From contig CAWAHW010000007.1 in the NCBI GenBank assembly GCA_963781885.1, positions 384,001 through 448,000 of the forward strand: a stretch of DNA of 64,000 bases, written 5' to 3'. The first letter of the stretch is position 1. Each line of letters starts with the position of its first letter. Positions 1 through 9,157 of this stretch are shown here, piece by piece. The DNA comes from an uncultured Spirochaetota bacterium (GTDB lineage: Bacteria; Spirochaetota; Spirochaetia; SZUA-6; Fen-1364). Made by a program: the position numbers and the translations under genes. The notes under the pieces were generated by a model. It made no database searches. It had not been told where the DNA came from and was given only the letters and a program-made list of their open reading frames with translations.

Positions 1-284
1 ACAACCATATGAATGCCGGATTCACCGACGAGGAGCGGGCCAGCTTCGGGCGTCTCCTCCAGGCGGGTTTCATCGACACCTTTCGCGCGCTGCACGACGA
101 GGGGGAGCGCTACACGTGGTGGAGCCAGGTGACCCGCGCGCGCCTCCGCAACATCGGGTGGCGCATCGACTATGTCTGCATCTCGGAGGCGCTGCGCGGG
201 AGGCTGCGGCAGGCCTCAATCTATGAAACGATCATGGGCTCTGACCACTGCCCGGTGGGAATCGACCTGGAAGGGGACCTGTAG
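1..284 (+). CDS. xth: Exodeoxyribonuclease III / AP endonuclease, C-terminal part (5' truncated by window edge)
   Basis: ExoIII motifs GF...ER, IDTFR, YTWWS, N.GWRIDY and GSDHCPV. Confidence 0.93.
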   Translation, partial: NHMNAGFTDEERASFGRLLQAGFIDTFRALHDEGERYTWWSQVTRARLRNIGWRIDYVCISEALRGRLRQASIYETIMGSDHCPVGIDLEGDL

Positions 285-296
285 GCCGGGGCCCGC

Positions 297-1808
297 TCAG
301 CTGCTCGGGATGATCATCTCGTTCTCCTTGAGAACGATGTCGTGGGCGCCGCCTTCCCGGATGCTTACCGCGCTTGCAAGGGTGATGCGTGCATTTGCCT
401 GCAGCTCGGTGATGGAAAGCGCGCCGCAACTCACCATTGTGCTGCGGACCTTGTCGAGCGTGACGTCGAGGTTGTCTTTCACCTTGCCCGCGTAGGGCAC
501 GTAGCCGTCAACGCCCTCTTCGAAACCCAGCCCTGGCGCGCCTCCCTCGTGGTAGCGTTGCCAGTTGCGCGCCCTGTTGGAGCCTTCTCCCCAGTACTCC
601 TTCACGAAGTTGCCGCCGATGCGCAGGCGCCGCCCGGGCGCCTCGTCGAAGCGCGCAAAGAACCGGCCCATCATCACGAAGTCGGCGCCCATGGCCAGCG
701 CAAGGACGATGTGGTAATCCTGCACGATTCCTCCGTCCGAGCATACCGGCACATAGATGCCCGTTTCCTTGCAATAGGCATCCCGCGCCTTGGCGACCTC
801 CATGACCGCCGTGGCCTGGCCCCGCCCGATGCCCTTCTGCTCGCGGGTGATGCAGATGGAGCCGCCGCCGATGCCCACCTTCACGAAGTCGGCGCCCGCG
901 TCGACGAGGTAACGGAAGCCTTCCGCGTCCACGACGTTTCCGCCGCCCACCTTGACCGCCTCCCCGTAGTTTTTCCGGATCCACTGGATGGTCTCCGCCT
1001 GCCATTCGGAATAGCCGTCGGATGAATCCACACACAGCACGTCGGCGCCCGCCGCCACGAGCGCGGGCACGCGCCTTTCATGGTCGCGCGTGGTGATGCC
1101 CGCTCCCACGACGAGTCTCTTGTTCCCGTCCACGAGCTCCGTCGGGTTTTCCTTGTGCTCGGCGTAATCCTTGCGGAAGACCATGTAGGCGAGGCTTCCC
1201 GTTTTCGTGATCACCGGCAGGCAGTTCAGCTTGTGCTTCCAGATCAGGTCGTTCGCCTCGGAAAGGGACATGCCTTCCCGTCCGTAGACGAGGTCCGCGA
1301 AAGGCGTCATGAGCTCCGAGACCCGGGCATCCGGCGGCGTGGTGGTGAGGCGATAATCCCGACTGGTGAGCATGCCGACCAGCCTGCCCGTGGGGGTGCC
1401 GTCTTCCGTCACCGACATGGTGGTGTGCGACGTGCGGTCGCGCAAGGCGAGCACATCGCGCAGGGTGGCATCGGGGCGTATGTTGGAATCGCTCACGACG
1501 AAGCCGGCCTTGAACTTCTTCACCCGCTCCACCATCTCCGCCTGTTTCTCCACCGGCTGGGAGACGAAGATGAAGGCGATGCCGCCGCAGCGGGCAAGGG
1601 CGATGCCCATCTCGTGGTCGGATACCGCCTGCATGATGGCCGACGCAAAGGGAATGTTCAGCCTGATGGGCGGCCGCTCACCGGTTCGGAACTTCACCAG
1701 GGGCGTCGTGAGCCCGACGGCCGCGGCGGTGCATTCCTTGCGGGTGAGGTTGGGGACGAGCAGGTACTCGCTGAAGGTACGGGAGGGATCGGGGTAGTAG
1801 AACGCCAT
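297..1808 (-). CDS. guaB: IMP dehydrogenase (with CBS domains)
   Basis: Catalytic loop [33 protein letters not shown]; CBS pair. Confidence 0.95.
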   Translation of the reverse strand: MAFYYPDPSRTFSEYLLVPNLTRKECTAAAVGLTTPLVKFRTGERPPIRLNIPFASAIMQAVSDHEMGIALARCGGIAFIFVSQPVEKQAEMVERVKKFKAGFVVSDSNIRPDATLRDVLALRDRTSHTTMSVTEDGTPTGRLVGMLTSRDYRLTTTPPDARVSELMTPFADLVYGREGMSLSEANDLIWKHKLNCLPVITKTGSLAYMVFRKDYAEHKENPTELVDGNKRLVVGAGITTRDHERRVPALVAAGADVLCVDSSDGYSEWQAETIQWIRKNYGEAVKVGGGNVVDAEGFRYLVDAGADFVKVGIGGGSICITREQKGIGRGQATAVMEVAKARDAYCKETGIYVPVCSDGGIVQDYHIVLALAMGADFVMMGRFFARFDEAPGRRLRIGGNFVKEYWGEGSNRARNWQRYHEGGAPGLGFEEGVDGYVPYAGKVKDNLDVTLDKVRSTMVSCGALSITELQANARITLASAVSIREGGAHDIVLKENEMIIPSS

Positions 1809-1813
1809 GGGAA

Positions 1814-1842
1814 AGATTAGCGGATGTGCGGCGCGTCATCAA
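1814..1842 (-). promoter_or_regulatory. sigma70-type promoter of guaB, leaderless architecture
   Basis: TTGATG-17bp-TAATCT, 5 nt before ATG 1808, no Shine-Dalgarno. Confidence 0.55.
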
Positions 1843-1875
1843 GAGCAGCCCGCGCATCCGCCGGAGTGCCACCGT

Positions 1876-2430
1876 CTATTTCTTGAGGGGGGGCAGGTCG
1901 AAACTGAATTGCTGGGGATCGCCGGTGCCGAGAGTCACGGCGAGCATGACCTTGGCGGGCCGGGGCAGGGGATCCTTGCCGATCATCGTGACGTAGTACT
2001 GGTAGCGACCCTTCAGACCCGCGAAGTTGAGCGCCGGCACGTAATAGCGATCCAGGTAGTCCAGGCGCTTCACCATGTCAGGGTCCGCCTGCCTTCCGCG
2101 CCCGAGCCAATAGGCGCGCAGCTCATCCCGGGAGTACAGACGGGCAATGCTCTTGCCGTCCGGATCCTGGATGGTGCCATCGATTGTCACCCGTGTTGCA
2201 TCCGGCAGCGCAACGGTGACCGTCAGCGTTACAAACTCATCCCGGGACATGATAAGCGTGAAGGGTGCGTAAAAGGGATCGTTTGTGAAAGAAGCGCCGT
2301 AGCGCGCCAGATCGCGTTCCGGCACGATCTTCACGGTCACTTCCGGGCTTGTGATGGGCGTCGTGGCGCAACCGGAAACAAAGACCACAAGAAGGGCCAG
2401 GACAGATGCTGCAACAGGGGTATATTTCAT
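1876..2430 (-). CDS. Hypothetical lipoprotein
   Basis: MKYTPVAASVLALLVVFVSG-C lipobox; ATG 2430 lies 6 nt after TATAAT (2437-2442). Confidence 0.75.
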   Translation of the reverse strand: MKYTPVAASVLALLVVFVSGCATTPITSPEVTVKIVPERDLARYGASFTNDPFYAPFTLIMSRDEFVTLTVTVALPDATRVTIDGTIQDPDGKSIARLYSRDELRAYWLGRGRQADPDMVKRLDYLDRYYVPALNFAGLKGRYQYYVTMIGKDPLPRPAKVMLAVTLGTGDPQQFSFDLPPLKK

Positions 2431-2451
2431 GCTGCCATTATACAAGCGAAG

Positions 2452-2488
2452 GGGGAAAAAGAAAGGGGCTGTCTTTCGACAGCCCCTT
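2452..2488 (-). terminator. Rho-independent terminator of the outer-membrane protein gene
   Basis: Minus strand AAGGGGCTGTC-GAAA-GACAGCCCCTT followed by TCTTTTT. Confidence 0.85.
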
Positions 2489-2516
2489 CGTGTTCGGAAT
2501 CTTATGTCAGGATGGA

Positions 2517-3458
2517 CTAGAACGCCATCTTGAAGTTGACTCCGCCGGTCCAGGTCGCCGCGCTCGCATAGGTGAAGTAGAAGTATATGGTCTGCTTCTC
2601 AACCGCGATGCTCAGGTTCGCGCCGGCGCTCCAAGTCGCGTCCGCATTGTACTGGAAAAAAGCGCCCGGGGTGAACATGCCAAGAGCATAAGCAACTTCC
2701 GGCTTCACGCCCCACGCAGCATCGCCCGTCTTGCTGCTCAGGTATGCCCACACTTCGGGGGTAATCCCAGCGATGGTGTAGGCAGCGTCAAGCTCGCCCC
2801 TGTACGTGCTGGCTGCCGTGGTGGCGCCGTTCGCGTTGGCGGTGACATAATACTCGAAATCGACGTTTGTCTTCAGGCCGTCGACCGCTTCGAGGGAGAA
2901 ACCTCCCCAGATGTAGTTCGTGCTGTATCCGACGCCGAGCTTCGCGACTTTCGCCATGTCATAGGAGGCCGTGAAGGACAGGCTGTCAAAAACGACGGGC
3001 GCTGCGGTGAGTCCCGCTGCGTACCAGAGGCCGATCTGGAGGCCGTCGATAGGAGCAATCGCGACCTGAAAGCCGCTGCCGCTGCTCGCGTCCCAGCCTT
3101 CGATGGGGGTCGTGTAGAGATCGCCGACGCCTTCACCACCGGAAACGGTGATCATGTCGATGGGCTTCCACCAGCCGTACAGGACGTCGAAAATCGCGGC
3201 CGTGCCGGTGACGGTTTCGATCTCGAACTTGAGTCCTGCTGCCTTGCCGGTGAGTGCGCCGTCAAGGTACATGTCCTCAGGGTCGGGCGTATTCTGATCC
3301 CAGAGCCTTGCGGTGACGCCCGCTGAGCTGCCATCGAACTCCAGACCAGAGTACAGTGTGCCACTGAACGCTAGTGCCGGCGCCGCCATGTCATCAGCAA
3401 AGCCGCTGGCCAGACCAAATGCGAGCAGGATAGCTGCGAGAAGTAGAATGCGTTTCAT
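2517..3458 (-). CDS. Putative outer-membrane beta-barrel protein (porin-like)
   Basis: Sec signal peptide, alternating aromatic/hydrophobic strands, C-terminal Phe (GVNFKMAF), strong SD, own promoter and terminator. Confidence 0.7.
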   Translation of the reverse strand: MKRILLLAAILLAFGLASGFADDMAAPALAFSGTLYSGLEFDGSSAGVTARLWDQNTPDPEDMYLDGALTGKAAGLKFEIETVTGTAAIFDVLYGWWKPIDMITVSGGEGVGDLYTTPIEGWDASSGSGFQVAIAPIDGLQIGLWYAAGLTAAPVVFDSLSFTASYDMAKVAKLGVGYSTNYIWGGFSLEAVDGLKTNVDFEYYVTANANGATTAASTYRGELDAAYTIAGITPEVWAYLSSKTGDAAWGVKPEVAYALGMFTPGAFFQYNADATWSAGANLSIAVEKQTIYFYFTYASAATWTGGVNFKMAF

Positions 3459-3538
3459 TCACTTCCTCCCTTTCCGTAATTCGGGGTACTGAGCCAACGG
3501 CTCCTTTCACCACCCCTTATCCTATAATGCTCGAACGC

Positions 3539-3568
3539 AGTTTAACAGAGCGTTATTTCAGCTGTCAA
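3539..3568 (-). promoter_or_regulatory. Strong sigma70 promoter with AT-rich upstream region
   Basis: TTGACA-18bp-TAAACT with extended -10 TG; AT-rich tract about 3570-3730. Confidence 0.65.
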
Positions 3569-3751
3569 GCATTATTTTTGGACAAAGAAAACGGTTGAGT
3601 GCCACAAAATAAGTGTATTTCAGGGAAAGAATTGAGTTGATACTGTATTTGTCGGCACTTCTGGAGCCCAACCTGAGCGTCGCGCCAAGTCTTTCTCTTT
3701 AAAAAAACAAATCTATAATATTTCGCTAATATGATGCCCAAAAGGCGCCGC

Positions 3752-4471
3752 TCAATCGAGCCTGAAACGTACCGGAACGATCACGCGACTCGAAACAGCC
3801 TCCCCATGGAGCTGGCCGGGGGCGAAAATGGCCCGCCGGACCGCTTCCAGAGCTGCCTGATCGAGGCTTCCGTGACCCGACGATGCGGTCACGACCGCGT
3901 CAACGACGACCCCCGCCTGGTCCACCAGCGCGTTGATGCGCACCACGCCTTCCCAGCCTGCCCGGCGCGCCGCGCGTGGATACAAAGGACGGACATCCGT
4001 GATGAGCCGGGGAGGTTCAAGCGCTGGCGCGGCGGCGATGGAGGCGGCCCCGCCCGATTCAGCGGCAACGCCCGCTTCACCGCCCGTTGGTACGCGGTCG
4101 CCGACGGCCGCCGCGGGGCCGGCCTGTGACGGTTCCGGCAGGGCAGCGCCTGGTTCCGCGGCTGCCGCAACGGCAGGCGCGACCGACGTCGCAGCCGCTG
4201 CCTCGACCGGCGCCACATCAGTGGCGGACGGCTCTCCGGTTGGCTCCGGCGTTGCCGGCGCCGTTGGTGCCGGTGCCGGCAGCGGCACGGAAAGTACGGC
4301 AGTCGGCTCCGTCTTTCCCGCAGGCTCTGCATCGACCGCGGCCGCCACGCTGATCTCCATCGCAGGGACTGCCGCCGCCTCTCGTCCCGCGTGGCGCGGG
4401 ACGAGAAGGACGACAGCGTGAAACGCCGCGGCGATGCAGAGGGAAAGAGCGAAGCCCCGCCGGGGTCTCAT
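3752..4471 (-). CDS. tonB: Energy transducer TonB
   Basis: N-terminal TM with conserved His (AAAFHAVVL), Pro/Ala-rich linker, TonB_C motif YPRAARRAGWEGVV...SSG..LDQAALEAV; ATGA overlap with the receptor gene. Confidence 0.9.
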   Translation of the reverse strand: MRPRRGFALSLCIAAAFHAVVLLVPRHAGREAAAVPAMEISVAAAVDAEPAGKTEPTAVLSVPLPAPAPTAPATPEPTGEPSATDVAPVEAAAATSVAPAVAAAAEPGAALPEPSQAGPAAAVGDRVPTGGEAGVAAESGGAASIAAAPALEPPRLITDVRPLYPRAARRAGWEGVVRINALVDQAGVVVDAVVTASSGHGSLDQAALEAVRRAIFAPGQLHGEAVSSRVIVPVRFRLD

Positions 4472-6432
4472 GACAGGTGCAAGCGCAGACCTGCCTCGAG
4501 GGAGAATGGCGGCATGGGATATCCGGGCTGCGTTTCATACAGGGTGTTGAAGATATTCTTTGCCGTGAGGCTGAACGCCAGGTTTCCTGACACGTCGAAA
4601 CGGTAGTCGGCGTCGACGACCGCGTAGCCGGGGAGCACGGCTGATGCCGCGTTGGCCGTGTCCGTGAACTGATCGCTCACCAGTCGGAGCGTGATACCGC
4701 CGGAATGCACCTTGCCCGTGTATCGGGCCTCCGCGGTCAACGTATGGACGGGCGCGTTCGGCACCCGCCTGTCATCGGCAAGGGTGTACGCCGTTGTGCC
4801 ATCGTTCAGGAGGAAGCTGTCGACGAATGTGTAGCTCGCCTCCAGGGAGAACGCACCTGCGAGCATGAGCTTCAGGTGGAGCTCGGCCCCGGGGAAAAGC
4901 GTCTGGGAGAGATTCTCCGCTTCATAGACGTACGGCGCGATCTCCAGGTTGGAGATGTTGTCGGAGACCAGCCGCGTGAATACCGATGCATCGACAGACA
5001 CGATGTCCAGCGCGAGCGACCATCCTATCTCGCCGTTGTACGAAGTCTCCGGCTTGAGGTTGGGGTTGGAGATGTACGACCCGAAGGGATCGTAATAGTA
5101 CATCTCGTCGAGTGTCGGGGCGCGGTAGGCGCTGCCGACCGATGCGCGCAGCGAAGACCGCGGGGAAAAGAGATAGACGCCGCTCAAGGACCAGGAAAGA
5201 TTGCCCGCATAGTCGCTGAAGAAATCATAGCGCGCCGACGGCGTGATGGTGAGGGCGTCCAGCGGGGTGAAGGGAAGGGAGAGGAAGCCGGAAGCGTTCA
5301 GCCGATCCCTGGTGCTGGTGAAGTCCGTGCTGTCAACGTAATCATAGGTGACGTTGCCGCCGTAGACCGCGGAGAGCAGGTCCGACACGGTGAGCTTCTG
5401 CGTCAGGTCGAGGCTCGCCTCCTGGGTGTGCGCCTCGCTCGCGGATACCCCGGGGATGTGATAGTCGAAGACAAGGTCGTCGTCGCGATAGCCGGCCTTC
5501 AGGTCCAGCGTCAGCGCGTCGGTGAAGAACCGGTCCGTCTTCCACGACAGCTCGCCCGTAGCCAGGGCGTCTTCCTGCCGCGCCGCGTCGCTTGCAAGCT
5601 GCAGGGAGCCGGGCTCGCCTGCATTGGAAAGCGCGAAGGTGCCCCGGGCCGACAGATTACCGCCGAACATCGGTGCGGTGATGCCGATGAAGCCGTTGCC
5701 GGCAAGGGAATCGGCGTTCGTCCGGCGGCGCCAGGCATTGATGCCCGTGGTGTCGTCCCAGGTATACTCATTTGCCGCCCGGTCAAAGGTGCCGCCGCCG
5801 GTGAGCTCGACATCGCCAAGCTTCCCCGCCAGACTGAGATCGATCTTTTGGCTGTCCACCAGGTCCAGCGGGTTTGCCCCCGCGGCGGTCCGTGTCCCGG
5901 TGGATGACACGTCAACGGCGTCGTGGGGGAGGAAGCTGCCGTTGACGAGGCTCACCGTCATCTCGTTTTTCTGCGGGCTCTTCGTGATGATGTTGATCAC
6001 ACCGCCAATAGCGCTGCTGCCGTAGAGCGCGCTGTCGGCGCCGCGCACGATCTCGATGCGCTCGATGCTGGAAACGGGTATGGTGGACAGGTCCACCGTG
6101 CCGACGATGCTCGAGTTCACCCGCATGCCGTCCACCAGCACGAGCACCTGTTCCGACGTCGAGCCGCGCAGGCTCACCGTCTGGATCTCACCCGTCGGGC
6201 CGTTCTCCTTGACGACGACACCGGCGGTCTCCCTGATGAGCCCGGCAACGTCCTTCGCGGGGGATGCGGCGATCTGGTCCGGACCGATGACCGTGATGGC
6301 ACTCGGCGATTCACGGACGCCCGTGTCAACGCGCGTCGCGGTGACGACGATTTCTCCCAGCTCGGGCGTCGGGTCCGCCCACACGGGCAGACAGACGCAC
6401 AACGCAATGAGGCAGAGAGCACTTCTGTGCAC
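4468..6432 (-). CDS. btuB: TonB-dependent receptor, probable cobalamin transporter
   Basis: TonB box (EIVVTATR), plug motif IERIEIVRGADSALYGSSAIGGVINIITK, NPNLKPE and KNIFN barrel motifs; directly downstream of a cobalamin riboswitch. Confidence 0.88.
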   Translation of the reverse strand: MHRSALCLIALCVCLPVWADPTPELGEIVVTATRVDTGVRESPSAITVIGPDQIAASPAKDVAGLIRETAGVVVKENGPTGEIQTVSLRGSTSEQVLVLVDGMRVNSSIVGTVDLSTIPVSSIERIEIVRGADSALYGSSAIGGVINIITKSPQKNEMTVSLVNGSFLPHDAVDVSSTGTRTAAGANPLDLVDSQKIDLSLAGKLGDVELTGGGTFDRAANEYTWDDTTGINAWRRRTNADSLAGNGFIGITAPMFGGNLSARGTFALSNAGEPGSLQLASDAARQEDALATGELSWKTDRFFTDALTLDLKAGYRDDDLVFDYHIPGVSASEAHTQEASLDLTQKLTVSDLLSAVYGGNVTYDYVDSTDFTSTRDRLNASGFLSLPFTPLDALTITPSARYDFFSDYAGNLSWSLSGVYLFSPRSSLRASVGSAYRAPTLDEMYYYDPFGSYISNPNLKPETSYNGEIGWSLALDIVSVDASVFTRLVSDNISNLEIAPYVYEAENLSQTLFPGAELHLKLMLAGAFSLEASYTFVDSFLLNDGTTAYTLADDRRVPNAPVHTLTAEARYTGKVHSGGITLRLVSDQFTDTANAASAVLPGYAVVDADYRFDVSGNLAFSLTAKNIFNTLYETQPGYPMPPFSLEAGLRLHLS

Positions 6433-6552
6433 GAGTTTCTCCCGGCCGCCTCTTCAGCGCCTCGAGTGCCTTCCCGACGGGAAGGTGAAAAGGAGTCGAT
6501 GTGGGGAATTGATACACGCCATCCCTTTCCACGAGGAGGTCTGGTCTGGAGA

Positions 6553-6728
6553 ATCGTCTCCTGGCTTCCGGATCCGCTTTCTGATCAGCGCCTTCTCACC
6601 CTTCAGGGGCAATGGCCGGGTCGGCACTCCAAAGGGGAGGCGACCCCCTGCTGCAGAAATCCCCGGTCACAGTGGCGGGACCGCTGCGGACTTGCACCGC
6701 ATTCCGTGTTTCTCAAGACGGGCAGCTC
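6553..6728 (-). ncRNA. Cobalamin (B12) riboswitch
   Basis: Minus strand GGAATGCGGTGCAAGTCCGCAGCGGTCCCGCCACTGTG...GCCATTG...GAGAAGG...GGAAGCCAGGAGAC, the B12-box pattern; promoter TTGACA-17-TACGGT at 6735-6763. Confidence 0.92.
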
Positions 6729-6780
6729 GGACGGACCGTAGCACGCGCCGCCCGTGCTGTCAACGGGAAGGGTTACATCG

Positions 6781-6993
6781 TTACATCTCCACCGTCTCGA
6801 AGGCAAACTTCAGGTGTTCCCTGGCGGGCAAAGAATAATTGAGCTTCTCAAATCCGATCACGCGGCCGTTTTTGTCCTTCATCAAGATGACTTCGTCTCC
6901 GGTCTCTTCGCTCACATACTCTTCCTGGGGATCCCCAAACCAGACAGTCAAAGTGTTGCCGGTTCGATCGTAATATACCTTCAGCTTGTCCAT
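6781..6993 (-). CDS. DUF2283-like small protein (putative antitoxin)
   Basis: 70 aa, KVYYD...LTVWFGDP...EETGDEVILMKD..GRVIGFE pattern; overlaps the end of the upstream gene. Confidence 0.75.
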   Translation of the reverse strand: MDKLKVYYDRTGNTLTVWFGDPQEEYVSEETGDEVILMKDKNGRVIGFEKLNYSLPAREHLKFAFETVEM

Positions 6994-7305
6994 ATCCGTT
7001 CCCCTTCCTTGAGCGCATCGGTCGGATACGTTGTGACCAGAAACGCATCACCGTTCAACCTTTTGACAACGGCGCAAACCCAACGTCCGAAGCGCTCCGC
7101 ACGATAGAAAAGATACACATTTGCGTCGCTCTTGCTTCGTCGAATCTCATCGGGATGTTTCAGGGCCTCTTGGACATCCGCTTCCCGCCCTTGCATCAGC
7201 CGGGTGCTTGATCGTGACGATCATATGCCAATATTTCGCAGTCACCGACGCGCTGAAACTGAGAGGCGTCGTCACTTTGAAGAGCAAGGCTTCATCAGGC
7301 TTCAT
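6981..7305 (-). CDS. DUF4258-like putative toxin, frameshifted near 7200
   Basis: Upstream frame from ATG 7305 reads MKPDEALLFKVTTPLSF...YWHMIVTIKHP and joins LMQGREADV...PDEIRRSKSD..VYLFY...FLVTTYPTD after a 1-nt shift. Confidence 0.65.
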
Positions 7306-8222
7306 AGCATATTGATGCTGGTTACACCTACTCCTATGCCTGCATGCCGTTCATGCGCACGCAGCACCTTGTACAGACCGTGCGTGCCGAGATTCTCCAG
7401 GCCCATGGCCTGCGCGGCGATGTAGAACTGGTTCACCAGGGCAAGGCCGGGCAGGGAGAGCCTCATGGCGCGCGCCTCCTGCAGGGCGATTCCCATGTCC
7501 TTCACGAAGTGCTTGATGTAGAAGCCGGGATTGAAGTCTCCCCCCGCGATGCGCCGGCCCAGGTTGTTGAGCGACCACGAGGAAGCCGCGCCCTTGCCGA
7601 TGATGTCGATCACGGCGGCCATGCCCAGGCCCGCCTTGTGTGCGTAGAGCAGCGATTCCACCGTCCCGATCATTGTTCCCGCGATAGCGATCTGGTTTGC
7701 CATCTTCGTGTGCTGGCCCGCGCCCGGCCCGCCCATGAGCGCGACGGTCTCTCCCATCTTCCTGAAGAGCGGCAGCGCCTTGTCGAATACGGCCTGCTCT
7801 CCGCCCACCATGATGGCGAGCTTTGCCTCGCGCGCTCCCACGTCACCGCCCGAGACGGGCGCATCGAGTGCGGCCACCGAGCGCGCCGCCGCCTCCCTGT
7901 GGATGCGCACCGCGAGGGAAGGCTCGGACGTGCTCATGTCGCAGAGGATCGTGCCGGGCTTCGCGCCGGCCAATATTCCCGCCGGGCCAAGGCATACGTC
8001 CTCCACCTCGGCGGGGAAGCCGACCATGACGAACACGATGTCGCTTGCCGCGGCGACCTCCTTCGGGGTGGGACACCATGCGGCGCCGGCGGCAAGAAGA
8101 TCCGCCGCCTTTTCCCGCGTGCGGGTGGTGAGCGCCACGGCGTGGCCGGCCTTCAGGAGGTGCCCGCACATCGACCTTCCCATGACCCCCGTCCCGATCC
8201 AGCCAACCTTCAATTCCGCCAT
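7302..8222 (-). CDS. NAD(P)-dependent beta-hydroxyacid dehydrogenase (3-hydroxyisobutyrate / tartronate semialdehyde reductase family)
   Basis: GWIGTGVMG Rossmann motif, LDAPVSGG, G.GQHTKMANQ, F...HFVKDM; the extreme C-terminus may be frameshifted. Confidence 0.9.
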   Translation of the reverse strand: MAELKVGWIGTGVMGRSMCGHLLKAGHAVALTTRTREKAADLLAAGAAWCPTPKEVAAASDIVFVMVGFPAEVEDVCLGPAGILAGAKPGTILCDMSTSEPSLAVRIHREAAARSVAALDAPVSGGDVGAREAKLAIMVGGEQAVFDKALPLFRKMGETVALMGGPGAGQHTKMANQIAIAGTMIGTVESLLYAHKAGLGMAAVIDIIGKGAASSWSLNNLGRRIAGGDFNPGFYIKHFVKDMGIALQEARAMRLSLPGLALVNQFYIAAQAMGLENLGTHGLYKVLRAHERHAGIGVGVTSINML

Positions 8223-8247
8223 GCCGCGTCCTCTCCGAATCGATCGA

Positions 8248-8976
8248 TCAGAGCTTTTCCAGCGGCTCTTCGGAGTCGCCGAGCTTCATCACCGGACCGC
8301 TGCCCGGCGCCGCCCATCGCACGGCATTCCTGATCACGGTCTGCACCTCTTTCTGGTGATAGGTCGGGAATGTCTCATGACCGGGACGGAAGTAGAAGAT
8401 CCTTCCCTTGCCCCGGGTATAGCAGCATCCGGAGCGGAACACATTGCCGCCGGCAAACCAGCTGATGAGCACCGTGGCGTCCGGCGCGGGCACGTCGAAT
8501 CGCTCGCCGTACATCTCCTCGCGAGGTATTTCGAAGTAGGCACCCAGGCCGTTCACGATGGGATGGCCCGGCTCCACGACCCAGAGGCGCTCCTTCTCTC
8601 CCGCCTCCCGCCAGCGAAGCTGGCAGCTCGTGCCCATGAGCCTGAGAAAGGGCTTGGAAATGTGACCCGAGTGCAGGACGATAAGGCCCATTCCCTCGAG
8701 CACGCGGCGCTGGACCTTCTCCGCGACGTCGTCCCGGACGTCCCCGTGCGCCATATGGCCCCACCAGGTGAGCACGTCCGTACCGGCGAGCACCTCGTCG
8801 GTGAGCCCGTGCTGGGGCTCGTCGAGCGTCGCCGTGCGGACCGTCATGTCGGGTTCGGTCGAGAGCGCGCCGGCAATGGCCCCGTGTATGCCCTTCGGGT
8901 AGATCCGGGCCACCGCGGGATCGCTTTTTTCATGACGGCCTTCGTTCCATACCGTGACCCTGATTTTCGCTGCCAA
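8248..8976 (-). CDS. thuA: ThuA-family (trehalose utilization) protein
   Basis: [54 protein letters not shown]; TTG start with SD. Confidence 0.88.
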   Translation of the reverse strand: MAAKIRVTVWNEGRHEKSDPAVARIYPKGIHGAIAGALSTEPDMTVRTATLDEPQHGLTDEVLAGTDVLTWWGHMAHGDVRDDVAEKVQRRVLEGMGLIVLHSGHISKPFLRLMGTSCQLRWREAGEKERLWVVEPGHPIVNGLGAYFEIPREEMYGERFDVPAPDATVLISWFAGGNVFRSGCCYTRGKGRIFYFRPGHETFPTYHQKEVQTVIRNAVRWAAPGSGPVMKLGDSEEPLEKL

Positions 8977-9031
8977 GGCTTTCTCCTTTCCATCTCAATA
9001 GGGCAAAGGGGTCGCGTGGTCAAGGCGGGCC

Positions 9032-9094
9032 TGACAGGATTTTTACGCGTTTTTGACATCTCCGTGACGCGGGACCCCGGCGAATCGCTACAAT
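9032..9094 (+). promoter_or_regulatory. Four direct repeats at 11-bp spacing (OmpR/PhoB-type operator) plus -10 TACAAT
   Basis: TGACA 9032, TTACG 9043, TGACA 9054, TGACG 9065; TACAAT 9089-9094. Confidence 0.6.
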
Positions 9095-9157
9095 GGAGCT
9101 CATCGCGGCGCGGACAACGCGCGCATTTCCTGTTACGATGAAAAGGGTGGCGCAGAG

